The translations under genes were made by a program, and so were the position numbers. Shown piece after piece: positions 37,751 to 51,745 of a stretch of DNA of 64,000 nt. The notes below the pieces were generated by a model. It did not search any database. It was not told where the DNA came from and saw only the letters and a program-made list of their open reading frames with translations. Each line of letters opens with the position of its first letter. Positions within the stretch are counted from its first letter, which is position 1. Source of the stretch: Bugula neritina (taxonomy: Eukaryota; Animalia; Bryozoa). Location: the NCBI GenBank assembly GCA_964035545.1, contig OZ037769.1, positions 3,515,929-3,579,928 of the forward strand. Reading direction: 5' to 3'.

Positions 37751-40700
37751 ATGAAGTCCAACAGAGTTGCGGTAACCGGCATTGGAATTGTCTCTTGTTT
37801 AGGATCAAACCTAGAAAAAATATTGTATAACGTTTTTAAGGGATATACTGGGATAAAAGCACTTGAGTTGTCCTCTGAGTCCGTGAGTAAGTCTTCTTCA
37901 TCTTGGACCTGGGGCACTCGTGACGCTGTCTCGATTATCATTGCCATGTCTGATTATCATAATGATAATCACGTAGTCTTACTTTTAGTCTTGTGACAAT
38001 CACAATGTAATAAGGCTAGCAGGTAACAAATAAGGATAAGAATCGTAGATTTTATATTCCATATTCATATTCATATTGATATTCATAATCTGTGTCAATC
38101 ATTATAATTTAAATTATTCAGTAAAACTGAATGTAATTCACGGAGCGGTAGTGTGATATTATTATTTATCTCAGTCTCTAGTCACAGCAATTTCAAAGCT
38201 TTTCGTTACGTTTCTACAGTATTTTCGTTAACTGGCTATTTGAGCAAAATATAAAATTAAATGTCAAAATGGTAATAGACTTTTATTTTTTTCATCCTAT
38301 ATTCATAATGATAATAATAGTTATAATAACAACTAGTAGTAGTACTACTTACTCAAAAATTAAAATAACTGATATAATATTATTATAGTTTAAGTAATTG
38401 GTTATTTTTTACTAGTGAATAGTCTATGTTAAACATCATGGTTTAATTTATTGGTTTAAATTTACTTCTAATTTTTGTAGAAGAATCTGGCGGTAAATTT
38501 TTACCATGTCGTGTGGCTGGAGTCATATCAGAATCTGATTTAGATCTATCAAAAGAATTCTCCAAATCTGACCTGCGAGAGAAATCTCGTCCAATATTGT
38601 TGGCAGTGGCAGCTGCCAGAAGAGCACTTTCACACAGCCGTCTGAATACTGATCAATTGAGTGTTGCCCATAGAAATGGTGAGTTGAAAAGAAGTTATGC
38701 TTTAGATTTTTTAGGACAAAGCTTCAAGTTCAAAGTTTAAACAAGGGCTGGTCGCTACTCTATTGCACTTCTCTATTGCTTGTTGGCGTACTGCAAAGTC
38801 AAAATGAGCTTAACTCGGAGAAACTTGGCCATGCACCATTTTCTTAGCTTTTCTTAAAAGCCTAGAGCCAGTTGGGACAAGTGGTAAACCTAATATCTAA
38901 TGAAATGCAAATAACATAGTTTCTAAGGAGTAGTGTAGCAGGCCAGTGGTAAAAAATCTAATTATTTAATCAAATTCGAGTGTTCTGGCTCTACTTATTG
39001 TGTAATTCAGTCACATGATCATCATTCTACTTGCCAGACATTAATTTGTGCTGTGAACTTCAAGGGTTATTGTTTTTATGATTTGTATTAAATGGAACCT
39101 TAAATTAGATTTGAAGTAATTTACCTATACATGATAATTGTTTATTTGCTCTTTAAGTGTACAGACTGTTAAATTGCCAAAGTGTTAGTTTCTAAAAGCA
39201 ATACTGTGGAATACTGGTATTATTCATGCTGATGACCCAAGTTGCTCCATGTTTAGGTGTGTTTTAAGGTGTGTCAGTTGGAATGGGGATGCCTGATCTC
39301 CAAGAGATATACCAGACTGGCCAATCCTTGTATAGTAAGGGGCTCCGGTCACTCAGCCCCTACTTCATACCTCGGAACTTAGTCAACATGGCATCTGGGC
39401 ACATAAGCATAGAGACTGGATTCAAGGTGAGTGGCTGTTCTCGTATCTTGAGGCGTTCTTGTCATTTCTCTCACAATTTTTAAATAATATTTTTTTAAAC
39501 TTCTGTAACCTTTATAGAACATAAAAACCAGAAACTAATACCTGGTGCTTTGGAAAATTTACTAAACATTCATTATAGTGTCTAACCGTTTTTTCACGTT
39601 GAATATTAATTTTTATTTGAATAATCTGTAGACCTTGCAGCTAACGGAACGGATTAATTTTGAAGTTCTGTAATTTGTATGTTCATTGCCTTCCCCTTGG
39701 CTATTGCTAAACTCTTCCCATGTATTTGTTCTGTTTCAACATTGTTATGGAATTGTCATCTCTCTAATGATGTATTATTAACTTGCTAATAAATATATAC
39801 TAAACACCAACACAAGTGTTTGTTGTTCATTAGTTTTTATTGACTTGGCTTTTCTGAAGTTGTCATCTCTTTACTCACTAAACCAGGAAAAACTCACTCT
39901 TTCTCTAAACTTCTGCTTCATTATTTTAGTGGAGTTGTTATCTCTACTCATTTAAGGATGAATTGCCAATAAAAATAATTTAACTAAATAGTATTCCAAC
40001 TAGTTATGACTCATTGTGCTCTTCAGGGACCTAACCTCTCCTCATCTGCTGCCTGTACAACCGGACTGCATTCTATAGGCGACGCTTTCAGACTTGTTCA
40101 ACGAGGCGATGCCGATGTGATGATTTGTGGGAGTACCGAAGCCCCTGTGTGTCCACTTTCAATAGCGGGCTTTAGCAGAATGAAGGCTCTCTGCACGGAT
40201 TCCAATGATCAGCCTCAGCTGGCTTCTCGGCCTTTTGATAAAAGGTTTGACTTTCTGCTTACCCGCTGTACCTGTACTGTTTACCTGCTCATACCTGTAC
40301 AGTTTCAGTTTATTAATTATTGACTATGAGGTAACAGTGTCTTTTAGGCAGACCAGAAATGTGCTCTATGAAATATGGTTTTGTCTTTGGTCCACGTTTC
40401 TGTATGCTACTTCATGTATTTCAGACTATTCTCTCATATATTAGAGTTGTTCCCCCTTGTTATCTACATTATCCTCTATTTCACATCTAGAGATTGTAAG
40501 TGTATTCTTAGCATCTGTTTTACAGCCGTTCTGGTTTCGTCATGTCTGAGGGGGCTGCCATACTCATACTAGAGGAAGTTAATCACGCCTTAGCCCGGGG
40601 TGCTACTATCTTCGGTGAGATTCTAGGCTATGGGCTGTCTGGGGATGCCCACCACATATCTTCTCCTAGTGAGAGTGGAGATGGGGCTTTTAGGTGAGAT

Positions 40701-42661
40701 TTCATATGCAAAGTACTGATGTTAATGCTTTGTATTATATGATGGTTGTGTTATTGCATTTGACTTTCCTTATAATAGAGCTTTAATTTCTGTAAACACT
40801 TGGCATCTAGGCGAGGAATTAAAAAGTTGTTTGTGGTCTATTATTAGATTATAGATTATTATCTGTTATTTTCTATCAAGTGAATAATAATTGTTTTACT
40901 AATTTGACTTAATCACCCCATTTTGTATATCAACTCATTTGTCAATGGAAAGTAAATTGTAACCAATAGTTGGTATTAAATACTAGTATTGAATACTCAA
41001 CATGAGACACACAATAAATACTGTCACTCTCCAGATTTGATACCTTCTACTTGTATCCTCTCATTCATTCACATTTATTTATTCAGACTTGGCTTTAACT
41101 TCCTTTTAACTCAACACACCCTACTTTTATTTAAAAGAGAATACACTCCTCAAAATGCACTACTATGTGTTATTAGACTAGTAGAAGTTGGTATTCGTGT
41201 TACTGCTGACTGTTACTGTGGCTGCGTACAGGTTGACTTATTATTTCACCTGTACCTGCGTCAGCTTTACTTGCGTCAGCTTTACCTGAGCATCAGTACA
41301 TCAATACAGACTATCATGGGCGACGCAAATGTCATGTGTTGTTGTGTAGATGCATGGAGGCAGCGCTGTTGGATAGTGGTTTGCGGCCTGAGGACATCAC
41401 ATATGTCAATGCCCATGCGACCTCTACCCCCTTGGGAGATGCTGCAGAATCACAGGCCATTGATCGACTTTTCGGTGCCAACCAGGAGCCGGTGGAAGTC
41501 TCGTCTGTCAAAGGAGCTTTCGGTATGGAGATTTTGAGCTTGCTGCCTTCATGTTTGTGACATCTTAGAAGATAATGTAGTAGCTCAGATTTTGTCTAGT
41601 GAAATGAACAAATTAATAAATGATGTGCTGAGATTCATTTATCCTATACTATGCTGTACTACCTTTACTGTAATTCCCCGTCTTTAACCTAGCAGTGAAG
41701 TTCTGTAGACCATTGGGATATCGTAATCGTAGCATTCCTATTTGTTGACTCACCAAGGCAGCTATGTTATCAGTAATGTGTGATTTCAACACTACCTTTG
41801 GTTTCAGGACATTTACTAGGTGCTGCCGGTAGTCTGGAGGCAGCAATCACCGTCCTCTCCTGTCACCATGGGAAGCTGCCCCCTACAGTTAACTTGAAAG
41901 AACCCGATGTCCCAGGTAGAGTTGTTAATTGCTAAGTTTTCCGTCTGCTCCTAAATTGTGAAATGATTATTTTTATGGTCTATTTTAAGATGAGAAGTCT
42001 GCCATCAATAATGGTGCTAGTATAGTTTTCTTTCAGTTACTGTGTATTTTCTCTTACTAGTATAATTTGAGGTGGAAACACAGCTGACCACTTGTATATA
42101 TCAACATATATGGATTAGAGTTTAGCCAATTTTCATTTTAGTCGTGTGGATGTTTTTAAAGCAGTGCTGATCAGTTACTTATATATATTTATGAAATATC
42201 AAGAAATAGCTTAAAAATCAATGTGAAATCTGTTTTTCAGGAGTTTATTGAAGATATTTGAACAAAATTTAGGAAAAAATAATTTGCTTGGGTATTCAAG
42301 GTTTTAGCTGTATATGAGTTGTAACCAAGATATTTCTGCAGACTTTAATACTATATATAACTGGTCAGTCCTGCTTTATGTTGAGGATGATTTGTAAGGT
42401 GTGGAGTTGTCTCATCTTTATGTATATTTTTATACTGCTGTGTTATATCGTTACAAGTTTGCATTGCATTGTCATATATAATATAATAGCCCTGTATTAC
42501 ATTGTCTCTATTCACTCTATTCACTGAATATTTCAGGTCGGTTTCAACATGTGACTTCTGTGGATCACGTCTGGTCAAGGTCAAAGCGGATTGCAATTAC
42601 AAACTCTTTTGGATTTGGAGGCACAAACGCTTCACTGTGTATTTCCAACTTTATAACATGA
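37751..42661 (+). CDS. OXSM: 3-oxoacyl-[ACP] synthase, mitochondrial (FabF-like; 8 exons)
   Basis: Approximate exons 37751-37886, 38481-38678, 39269-39426, 40027-40243, 40526-40693, 41350-41522, 41808-41915, 42537-42661. Motifs [42 protein letters not shown] (catalytic Cys), [57 protein letters not shown]. Confidence 0.96.
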
Positions 42662-45600
42662 TTTCTATTTGGTAATAGTGTTGTGTAATATTGCTTCTAT
42701 ATAATAACATATTATTTTGTTTTTATCATAATTATATGTAACATTTTAAATTACGTAAATTTTAAAATATAACAATTTGTCAATGGATATTTCATATAAT
42801 TGTCATAGCATAAATACTCCTATTGTTTTGAAGCAGTTATTAAGTAATTGCCACTTTGAAACATGATATTTACACCTTTAATTCCAGAAGTCATGATATA
42901 GATATTTGTATGACAAATAATTCATGTCTATGAACTTTTAGTGGTCTGTTTACTATGCTAATGCAGTTAGTGTCTCAAAATTATTACTAGTAACAAATAC
43001 AGTAAAATCTCTTTGAACTTTAGTCCACGTACATTGAAATAGATTAATTGTGTTAGCTGTAACCCAATATATGCATTTTGCTTTAGGTGTTGAGCATATG
43101 ATATAAATATATCTCTAAACTATACTAGATGAAAAACTTACTTATTCCATTGCCTGTCTATACTCGCACAGATATTACCTCTTAAACCAATGAATGAGCT
43201 GCAACGGACTATTGCAAAATCTCCACAGTAAACATTTATGCTTCCAATAAATCAGTTGTGAGATTGTTAAAGTTGTTTAAATCTTTGATAACATTTTTAC
43301 ATACATGTGCAATTAAAAAAAGTTTCTATTCCGAGCAAACACTATGCATGATATTAGAGGCTGATGAGTTTTAATAAGCATTGAGGAAAGTCGGTGGGAA
43401 ATTATACTCGTGGTGAAGCCTAATTGTTCCATGTCTGATTTATCTTGACAATTGATAAGTGATAAAATTATACTACAGAATCAACTACCAAGTTCTTTTC
43501 AACATAAAGTTGTAATATTCCAATACTATGCAAACCTATCAGATTTGGTCAGCTTTATTGACTTAGTCCATTATTTGTGGTTCTGCTGTGGTAAAATATC
43601 AACACAGGTGCATATAGCAATATTCAGCAACCTAGCTTTTCACACTGTTTCCAATAAATGTATTTATAAATAAACAAATGTTGATTTTAATCAAGATCCT
43701 AAATAAACTCCAAATTTTGTTCAATCATTATAGCCTACATTTTCTCTTTTTCCAAGTAAAATCTGTGTCTAGACAAACTTCCACTGCACGTACTGAAGGC
43801 ATTCCTCATAAACACACTTCTCTCCCAATGGGTTAAATTCTCAAGAGAATCATTAAAGTTTTCCTATGACTTGACAGCAATATGACATAACGTGGTCTTA
43901 CATCTGGCCTTTCATGTAATTATACGAAATAATAATTTGCTGGAATTTTGAATCTCTAGAGAAAATCGTCACATACCTATATACCATTACAGACTGTAGT
44001 GTCTTGCATTTGCCCTTTTCAGCTTCCGTGATGGGCCAAGTATCAGCTCAAAGTATGACCCTATATAACATGTCATGAATTTCTAGATACACCTCATAAT
44101 ATTTCGGACATACTTTTTATATAAAATTAATACAAATTTGCTATGAGTCTAGCTTTAGAAGTTTTGTTTGAATGTTTTACATTTTGCATCTTTATAGTGA
44201 AATCTTCGGGTTAGAGCAATTGTATCTATTTAGGAAGAGTTGTGGAGAAATTTAGATAGCCTAAGTTTTTTAACGGTTTTATTGAATTTTTGTTTAGGGT
44301 GCAGGTTGATATTCTTGCGAGAGTATAACTTCTTTTGCTAATTTTCTAATCTAAAACACAGGCTTTTCTCAATTTCTCCATCACTGCACCTACCTGCAAG
44401 TATCAGTGTTTAGAATCTTTTCACGTGAATATTAAACCCGTGTATTCCACTGTTCCAGCTCATGCACGTGTACATTGTAGCAATGTACTCTATATATAGA
44501 TATATGTTATGTCATAGCTCTTAAAGAAGAGTGAGAGTATAATAACTTTATATTGGTTGTGAATCATTAGAAAACTCTTACAACTGTCTTATAGTTACTA
44601 AAAACACCAACAACCTCGTAATTTACTATCCCATAAAATATTGATGAGTTATTTATTTTTCCTCATAGTTATTAGTTGAAAATTTATAATAAAATACTTG
44701 TATTGTCAACAGTGAAGCTATGTGAAATAAGCCTTCATTTACTGCACTACCAAGCCAACCCCAGGAAAGCTAACTAATATTTTTACTACAGAAAACATTG
44801 TTTATGTTCTACTATTCTTATTTCTATGACAAAGTAAAACTAAAACTTATAGTCACTTAATATGGGTTTAGATGTCTATGCAGTAATTGTAAAAACAACA
44901 GGGTTAGTAATGATTATATTGATTAAGTAGAAAGAATAAACTCATCAGTTTCTAAGTGAACAGTTTTTATTTCAACTAACTAAAGCAAGAATAAAGCAAA
45001 TGTTGAGACCTAAGATGTTGATTAAGCTAAATATCAACAATATTATCCTATACCAATTATTATCTGTTGTTAGGTTTTGGGGTGCACCAGAAAATTTCTT
45101 CTTTATTTCCTCTTTATAGTAGCATAACGCTTCGATACTAAGTTTGTTTAGTAACATATAACATATTCATGTGTACTGCAGGCTAACGTGCCCTCTGCTT
45201 GCCTTACTGTTGAAGCACGTATGAGATTTTATCACTGATATTTTAAATTGCATAATGGCCTCATAAACTAGGAGATAAGCTCATTGTTAACTGTTTAACA
45301 TTTCAACACCCTTCATTATCAAATTCCACACGTACAAGATTAGAGAGTTTGAGAAACGCATTGCGTCAGTGACTCATGTCACATCACAGTATGCTGGATA
45401 GAATAAAATGACTGAGTTTGTATGTAGAGCGTGTAAAGACTGGAGCTACACAAGCTGGGATATACTGGAATAAGGTAGAAAAACGTGACTAGTTTTGTTT
45501 CTCACAATAAGCGTTCATTTATCGTTGTTACGTAATCAGATTTACATATATACCCTTAGCTTATATATACGGATAATTCTAGTATATATACACATGCGCA

Positions 45601-48029
45601 TAGTTTGTAATTATACACCTGCAAGATGTGACTACCACATTGTTATGATATACCTGTATATTATAATTAAATTAATCGCGTGCAACACTCTACTGTCTCA
45701 ATAACATATGATTTTTCCCCCTAAATGTTGTAATATTAAGTTATTTACATTCATGCATACTGCAGAATCGCACGCCTTTAAGATAAAAGTGTTAAGCAAT
45801 ACGCAGATGTCTGCGTGTGGATCGCACCATGTGCATTCAGTTGCCTTGCTGCACTTACTCACGTTTCAACATTTTTTATGCATGCAAACACAGCAATGGT
45901 TTTGAGTTATTTTATTTAAGGCTATCAGAAAGTACATATGATTATGTTGGCATTTAAAATATCTCGCCCACAGCAATGGATATTAGGCTTATGTAATCTA
46001 TCTATTGACGTTTGCCTCTACTTTGTGAATGCAATTTGTCTCTATTCAGTTAATGCAATTTTAGTGATGGATATATATAATTTGTACACCTTTCAGAGAT
46101 GAAAATTCATTTTTTTCTATAAAAATCAGCTCAGTTGATATTGTTTAGGACCATGACTAAGTAAACTAACTAAAACTTATTTGATAGAGCATGTACATTA
46201 AATATGTACTTTTAACGGTAATCAAATAAACTTGCATTTCAGCAAGTTTTTTTAAAAAGTCATTACAAACCTGAATAGCAAATTTCAAATATAGGTACTG
46301 AAATGTTTTTCAAATCAGTCTAGTAATTAGAAAGGCATTGTGGGAAGCCACCTATCATCTGCAAGTTTAGATCTTTCAGCTTGTGACATTATTGTCAAAT
46401 AGGTTAAAGTTAAGAAATGGGTTATTATAAACTTTTTGCTCAACAACAAGAAAACAATATTCATATGCTTTTACATTGTATCTTTAGATTTATTAACATT
46501 TTTCACATTAAATGGAGGGGGGGGGGGCTGTGTATGATAGAAGCGTATAGAAGCATAGACATAGAAGCGTATAACACCAGAGCTCTACGAGGACCATCAA
46601 AGTGATGTTTATACATGCAGAGCTGTGACGTTATTTACTGTAATTCTGCGCAAATTTGCACTCAATTAAATATGCAATGAACGTGCGTTGTGCAAAATGC
46701 TATCCATGTGCAATAATATAATTTGCACATAATTATACACAGGTGTGTCACATGATTATATAACCGTGCATTTATAAACAAGTGAAGGCAGAGGGTTGCA
46801 ATTGCCTGTTACTGATCAGTACGCAGCAATGCTAGCAAAAGCAAGCTGGAAGCATCAACAAATAAAAAAAAGCCCTTAAGCAATTTACAGTTTTTTTATA
46901 TGCAGTAAGTGTAAGCACAAACCGAATCTATCGATGAACCAGTAAATATTTTTATACAGTATAAGTGAAGCAAAATTAAAGTCTGATGTCTACAGTTACA
47001 CAAAAGGCAGCAGTAACTAAAAAATTCACAAGCTTTAAAAATAGCATTTTCACTGCTGAGATGCACTAGGCATTAAAATTTTGCTTTTATTAATTGCGTT
47101 TTGTTTATGTCTAACAGTTTTTATTATTGCATAAACACCTTGGTATTTAGCATAATGATTTATGATAGATAAAGACACGGTGTACATTAGAGAAACAGTA
47201 GAGCAGATGATACAGGCTAATAACAGCTATTACAATGGCTGGTATATATTATATGCAATATTATAATATAATACTTTATTTTGGCATTTATACCTGCCTG
47301 CATTATAAAAGATATTTTTCACAGCACACAACAATGTGTCTCATGGCTTTGATTAATTATATAAACTTATTATGCAATGCTGCAGAGCTATTTTTACAAA
47401 AGTATTCACGAGCTGATGATCTGACTAAGATTGTTGCAATAAAAATGTCAGCTAGGATCTTAAGTTATTTTGAAAATAAAGTGAAACTGTAAGTTAAAAC
47501 AAATTTTTTGAAATCATCAAACATTAATTGATACCTTGCATAAAAATAGCAGAATTTCAAGAAGTATCGCTTCCATAGACTTACAATATAATAAGAAATG
47601 CTTTCGATTTTGTGGTAAAGCATTTGTGTTGCTAGTAACAACCAATAAAAAGTGTACTTGAATGCTATTGGTCAACTATCCCAGATAATTATTATATATC
47701 GCAGCTTCATGGAAAGAATTGGTATATAAAGGGTTGTGTTCTTTATAAAAAGCAAAGAGTTGCTGGAACTTGTGCATTCAGTGTGCATGTGAGCTGAGAA
47801 TAACATTTTAGATAATAGTTACGCTTTTGAGAGAGTGATACGGCTGTTTCAAAATGGTGGTCTTCACATACACTGATGGGAACGATGTGATTGGTAGAGG
47901 TATTGAGACGATTTTACATACAATTTAATTTGATTTTTCAAACCAGGCAATGATTTTGTAGAAGTTGTACTTGAAAATAAATTGAAGAAAATTTGAATTT
48001 GGATTCTTATCATGTGATATGTTTTAGGA

Positions 48030-51000
48030 ATGAAGGGTATTCACTCAATTCAACAATGGATACAAGAAAAGCTTTCTACAAGTAAAGGTAGCATAGCCAC
48101 AGATTCTACAGCTAGAACAGCGGGGCTCATAACCCCAGCCTCAGTGCCTGAGTTCTCTATTCCAGTGACAGGAAAATCTTACCGGATTGTTCAAACTGGT
48201 TTATCTCAAAGTTTTGATGACGACATGGTTCTGCACACAGCAACTAAACCAAAGGTAAGATAACTCATAGGAAAAGAAAATTGGCGCCATATTAAAATTA
48301 GTTTTATTAAATATTATGTTGAAAGTGAAAATTAGTATTTGCAGTTTTTAATTTTAACCTAATGTAAGCATATACAGAAAAACTAATAAGTGCAGTGAAT
48401 GAACACTTTTTAATGGCTATTACATATAAGTTATTTTTTGTTTTATTGTAGATACTTTTAGCCTAAATACATGCAAAAATGTTTGTTTCTTTTGTGTTTT
48501 AAACGAACTTAATAATATACCAAATTATAAGTTTATTTCCAAATAATCTTGATGCAATTGTATCAATTTGATAAGAAAAAAGGTTCTTTTGCTATTTGGA
48601 ATTTCTTTCTAACTATAAAAACACTGCAACTCATCAAATAATCTCATAAATTATATTCAAATAGGAGCCGTGCAGGAAAGTCAACAGTGTACCGAGTGTC
48701 TTGTCAAACATGGCGATGGAGATGGAGAGTCTGGAGTCATACCATGAGCCTGGGTACCAAGCAGCTGTCAGCCTACCTCACCTTAGGATGCAGACACCAT
48801 ATGGGTTCACTTATGTGACAGAGAGACCTCATACTAACCGATCAGAGTCACTGCTGATTGGATCTATTAACGCAGAATCTATAAAACTGTTCAATGAAAT
48901 CAGACGGAAACAGCAAAATAACAATGACTGTAAGTTTATAGCCACTACTTAGTGTAAAAATAGCCAAGCTCCTGTATTTTTGTTAAACTGTACTAAACCA
49001 TTACATGATATTATAAAGAAACACTATTTGTTTATTAAAACCATGTAACCTACATTAAAAACTTCAACTTTAGCACCGCTGTTATATAATTTAGAAATCT
49101 TATTCTTTGAAACTTGGTTAATTCTGCTAAATGTAATGCTTAAATTATTATGTCTAAAATCTATAAACATAATTATAGTGGCAATTGACCTGCACGTAGT
49201 GTAATCTTGTTTCAGACTATCGAAGGCATTCATCTCGTCTGGCACGGCTACCGCGGAATAAGCAAAGCGAATCAATACCCACAAAAAGAAGCAGTTATTC
49301 TAGTTTATTTTCGTCCTCATTACCATCAGAGTCATCTTCTTCTCGAATATATTTGAGGAGAAGATCTTCTTTATCCAGTCTTTATACTGATGACGTGAGT
49401 TTTCCCCTCTTGACAGTGCACTTCCTGTAACATAATCTATTAGAGTTAGAATGTAAACTGTATACGAGAATATTAAAATAAGGCACATAGCATAATAGAA
49501 GGTTATGTGATGTCACCAAAGATTGTTGTTTAATTGGATGAACGTGCTATTATGTTTTAACATAACTCAGAACTTTACTTTATATACTGAGCAAAAATAA
49601 GTTTAAAATAGTGTCCTTCAGTATAATTGTTCCATTATTTCATAAGCTATTATACACAGTTAATGCATAGTTATATAAATGCAAGACTATAAAATTAACA
49701 TAAATTACCAGGTTTATTATTACAGCAAAATTAAATAACATTTGTATATTAAAAAACTTTTTTTTTACAGAAATGATGTTGATGTTTAAATTCTTTATAC
49801 CCCATTTCATTGTTTTAATATACCTACAGGTGTTTGCGGAAGACGATTTGATTTACCTGAGCAGAGAAGAGGCTCATAAAGTAGCTCCTCTGGGAGAGAT
49901 GAAGTTGTCTCTCCTCTACAACCGACAGACTAATCAGCTACGAGTCTCCGTAATCAAAGTAGAGAATCTGATGAGTGACTCGACCAATATTGATTGTAAC
50001 CCGTACGTTAAGGTGTCCTTAGAGCCCGGGAAGTCACAAAAACAACAATCAGAAGTGTTTCGTGGGAAGAAAAATCCTCAGTTTGAAACAGATTTCGTTT
50101 TCAAGAATGTCACAAGAGATGATCTGAAGAAGAAATCCATCAGATTCAAAGTCTGTAACAAAGTGGGTTCTGCAGTTTCGTTGTACAGCAAGAAGCATGT
50201 GATGGCTGAAATGATGCTGTCATTAAATCAGCTCGGTCTCGAGTTTGGAGAAGAAGTGAGACTCTGGAAGGATCTAGAATCCGTTAGCGATGCTCAGGTA
50301 AATTAAAATTATATAAGCTACATTTTGAATTGAAGCTTTTAAAACTTAGGAATCAAAAAGTCATGAATGTAGCACAAAAGGTCATGCATAATAGAAATAG
50401 CAATGCACTAAAATATATCCAGAATAGGCAAATGCGCATGCTGAGTTGAAACGCTTTTTGAGTACCAATTCTGTATTTGAAATCATGACCCAGACACTGC
50501 TGTTTGTTTACGTATTAAACTTAACTATTTTGTAATGTATTTTTATCAGCAAATACCCAGCTTAATCTAGTAACAACTAACAAGTATAAAAACAGGATAA
50601 TTCTTACTGCCATGTTCTTTATCTCAACTTATGCATGTTATAACTGCAACCACTCACGTCCAAGTTACACAACATTATGAAATGATGTTACAAAAGCATA
50701 GTATTGACTTGTAACTTCCTTCCTTGTAGTGATAAACCATAATTTTTAATTTATATTACACCTAAAATTTTAAAGCTTATCTACCTATACATACAAGCGG
50801 TTTTCTTATTGGAAAACAACAATCATCTAAATTATTGACTTTGTTGCTAGATTTATTGCCCTATTAACATAATTTAGCACAGTTTGGTTTATTTCCTTTT
50901 AGCCTCTGGGTTACCTGAATGTCACAGTTAGTCTAGACACAAAAGAGAAACAATTATCAGTGACGGTTGCAGAGGCCCGAAACTTGAATTCATCATCTAA

Positions 51001-51745
51001 CCCTAGTAAGTCTGATTTCCTTTTTTCAGTTTTTTAGCATTTTTTTTCAATACCTAAATTGTTCAAGCATATGTATTGCTTACTCTACAAGCAAATATTA
51101 TGATGCACTAAAAGCAATTTTACAATGGCTAAATTGAAATATTTTTGAATAAACTGCGCATGATAACATTGCGAACTTCACACAGCTATATGCAAGGTTT
51201 CTGTGCTGCAAAAGCTCTTTTCTGTTGAAGGAAAATAATAGCAGTCTTGCACAACAACTTGATTAGGAAAGATAATTACAAAACTTTACAGTAAACAAAA
51301 AGCTATAGACAAAAGCAAGTAATGTGCCAGCAGCTATAAGCAATAATACAATTTTATATATAGATTGTGATATCTTTGAACTTATTTATACAACAATAAT
51401 GTTGTGCTTTCAGATTCTTATGTGAAGGTTTGTGTCTCACAATTTGGTCGCTCCGATGTAAAGAAACAAACTCAGGTACAAAAGAATAGCACCAGTCCAA
51501 ATTTCGATGAAACTTTCGTGTTTTCGATTTCGCCGAGTGCCAGAAATTTAGAGACGGCGACTATTTGTATCAAAGTGATGAACAAAGAGTTGATAAAAGG
51601 TGACTCAGTAATTGGAGAAATAATTTTAGGGGATATATGTGACTCAAACCATGAGAGCTATAACGATTCTTTTTGGGAGAGTCTCCTATCGTCCCCAACT
51701 AAATGTTTGAGCCAGTGGCTAGAAATTAGCCCAGGATTATCTTAG
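48030..51745 (+). CDS. C2CD4-like protein with tandem C2 domains, copy 1
   Basis: Exons 48030-48254, 48665-48929, 49217-49395, 49830-50297, 50903-51005, 51414-51745 in consistent phase. C2CD4-family motifs [13 protein letters not shown] and QAAVSLPHL...[18 protein letters not shown], then two C2 domains ([27 protein letters not shown]). Likely non-coding first exon ending at donor ~45473. Confidence 0.85.

Noticed and set aside
37751-42661. Ketosynthase as a PKS or horizontally acquired bacterial fabF
   Set aside because: Stand-alone, seven spliceosomal introns, typical OXSM motifs and no other PKS domains nearby.
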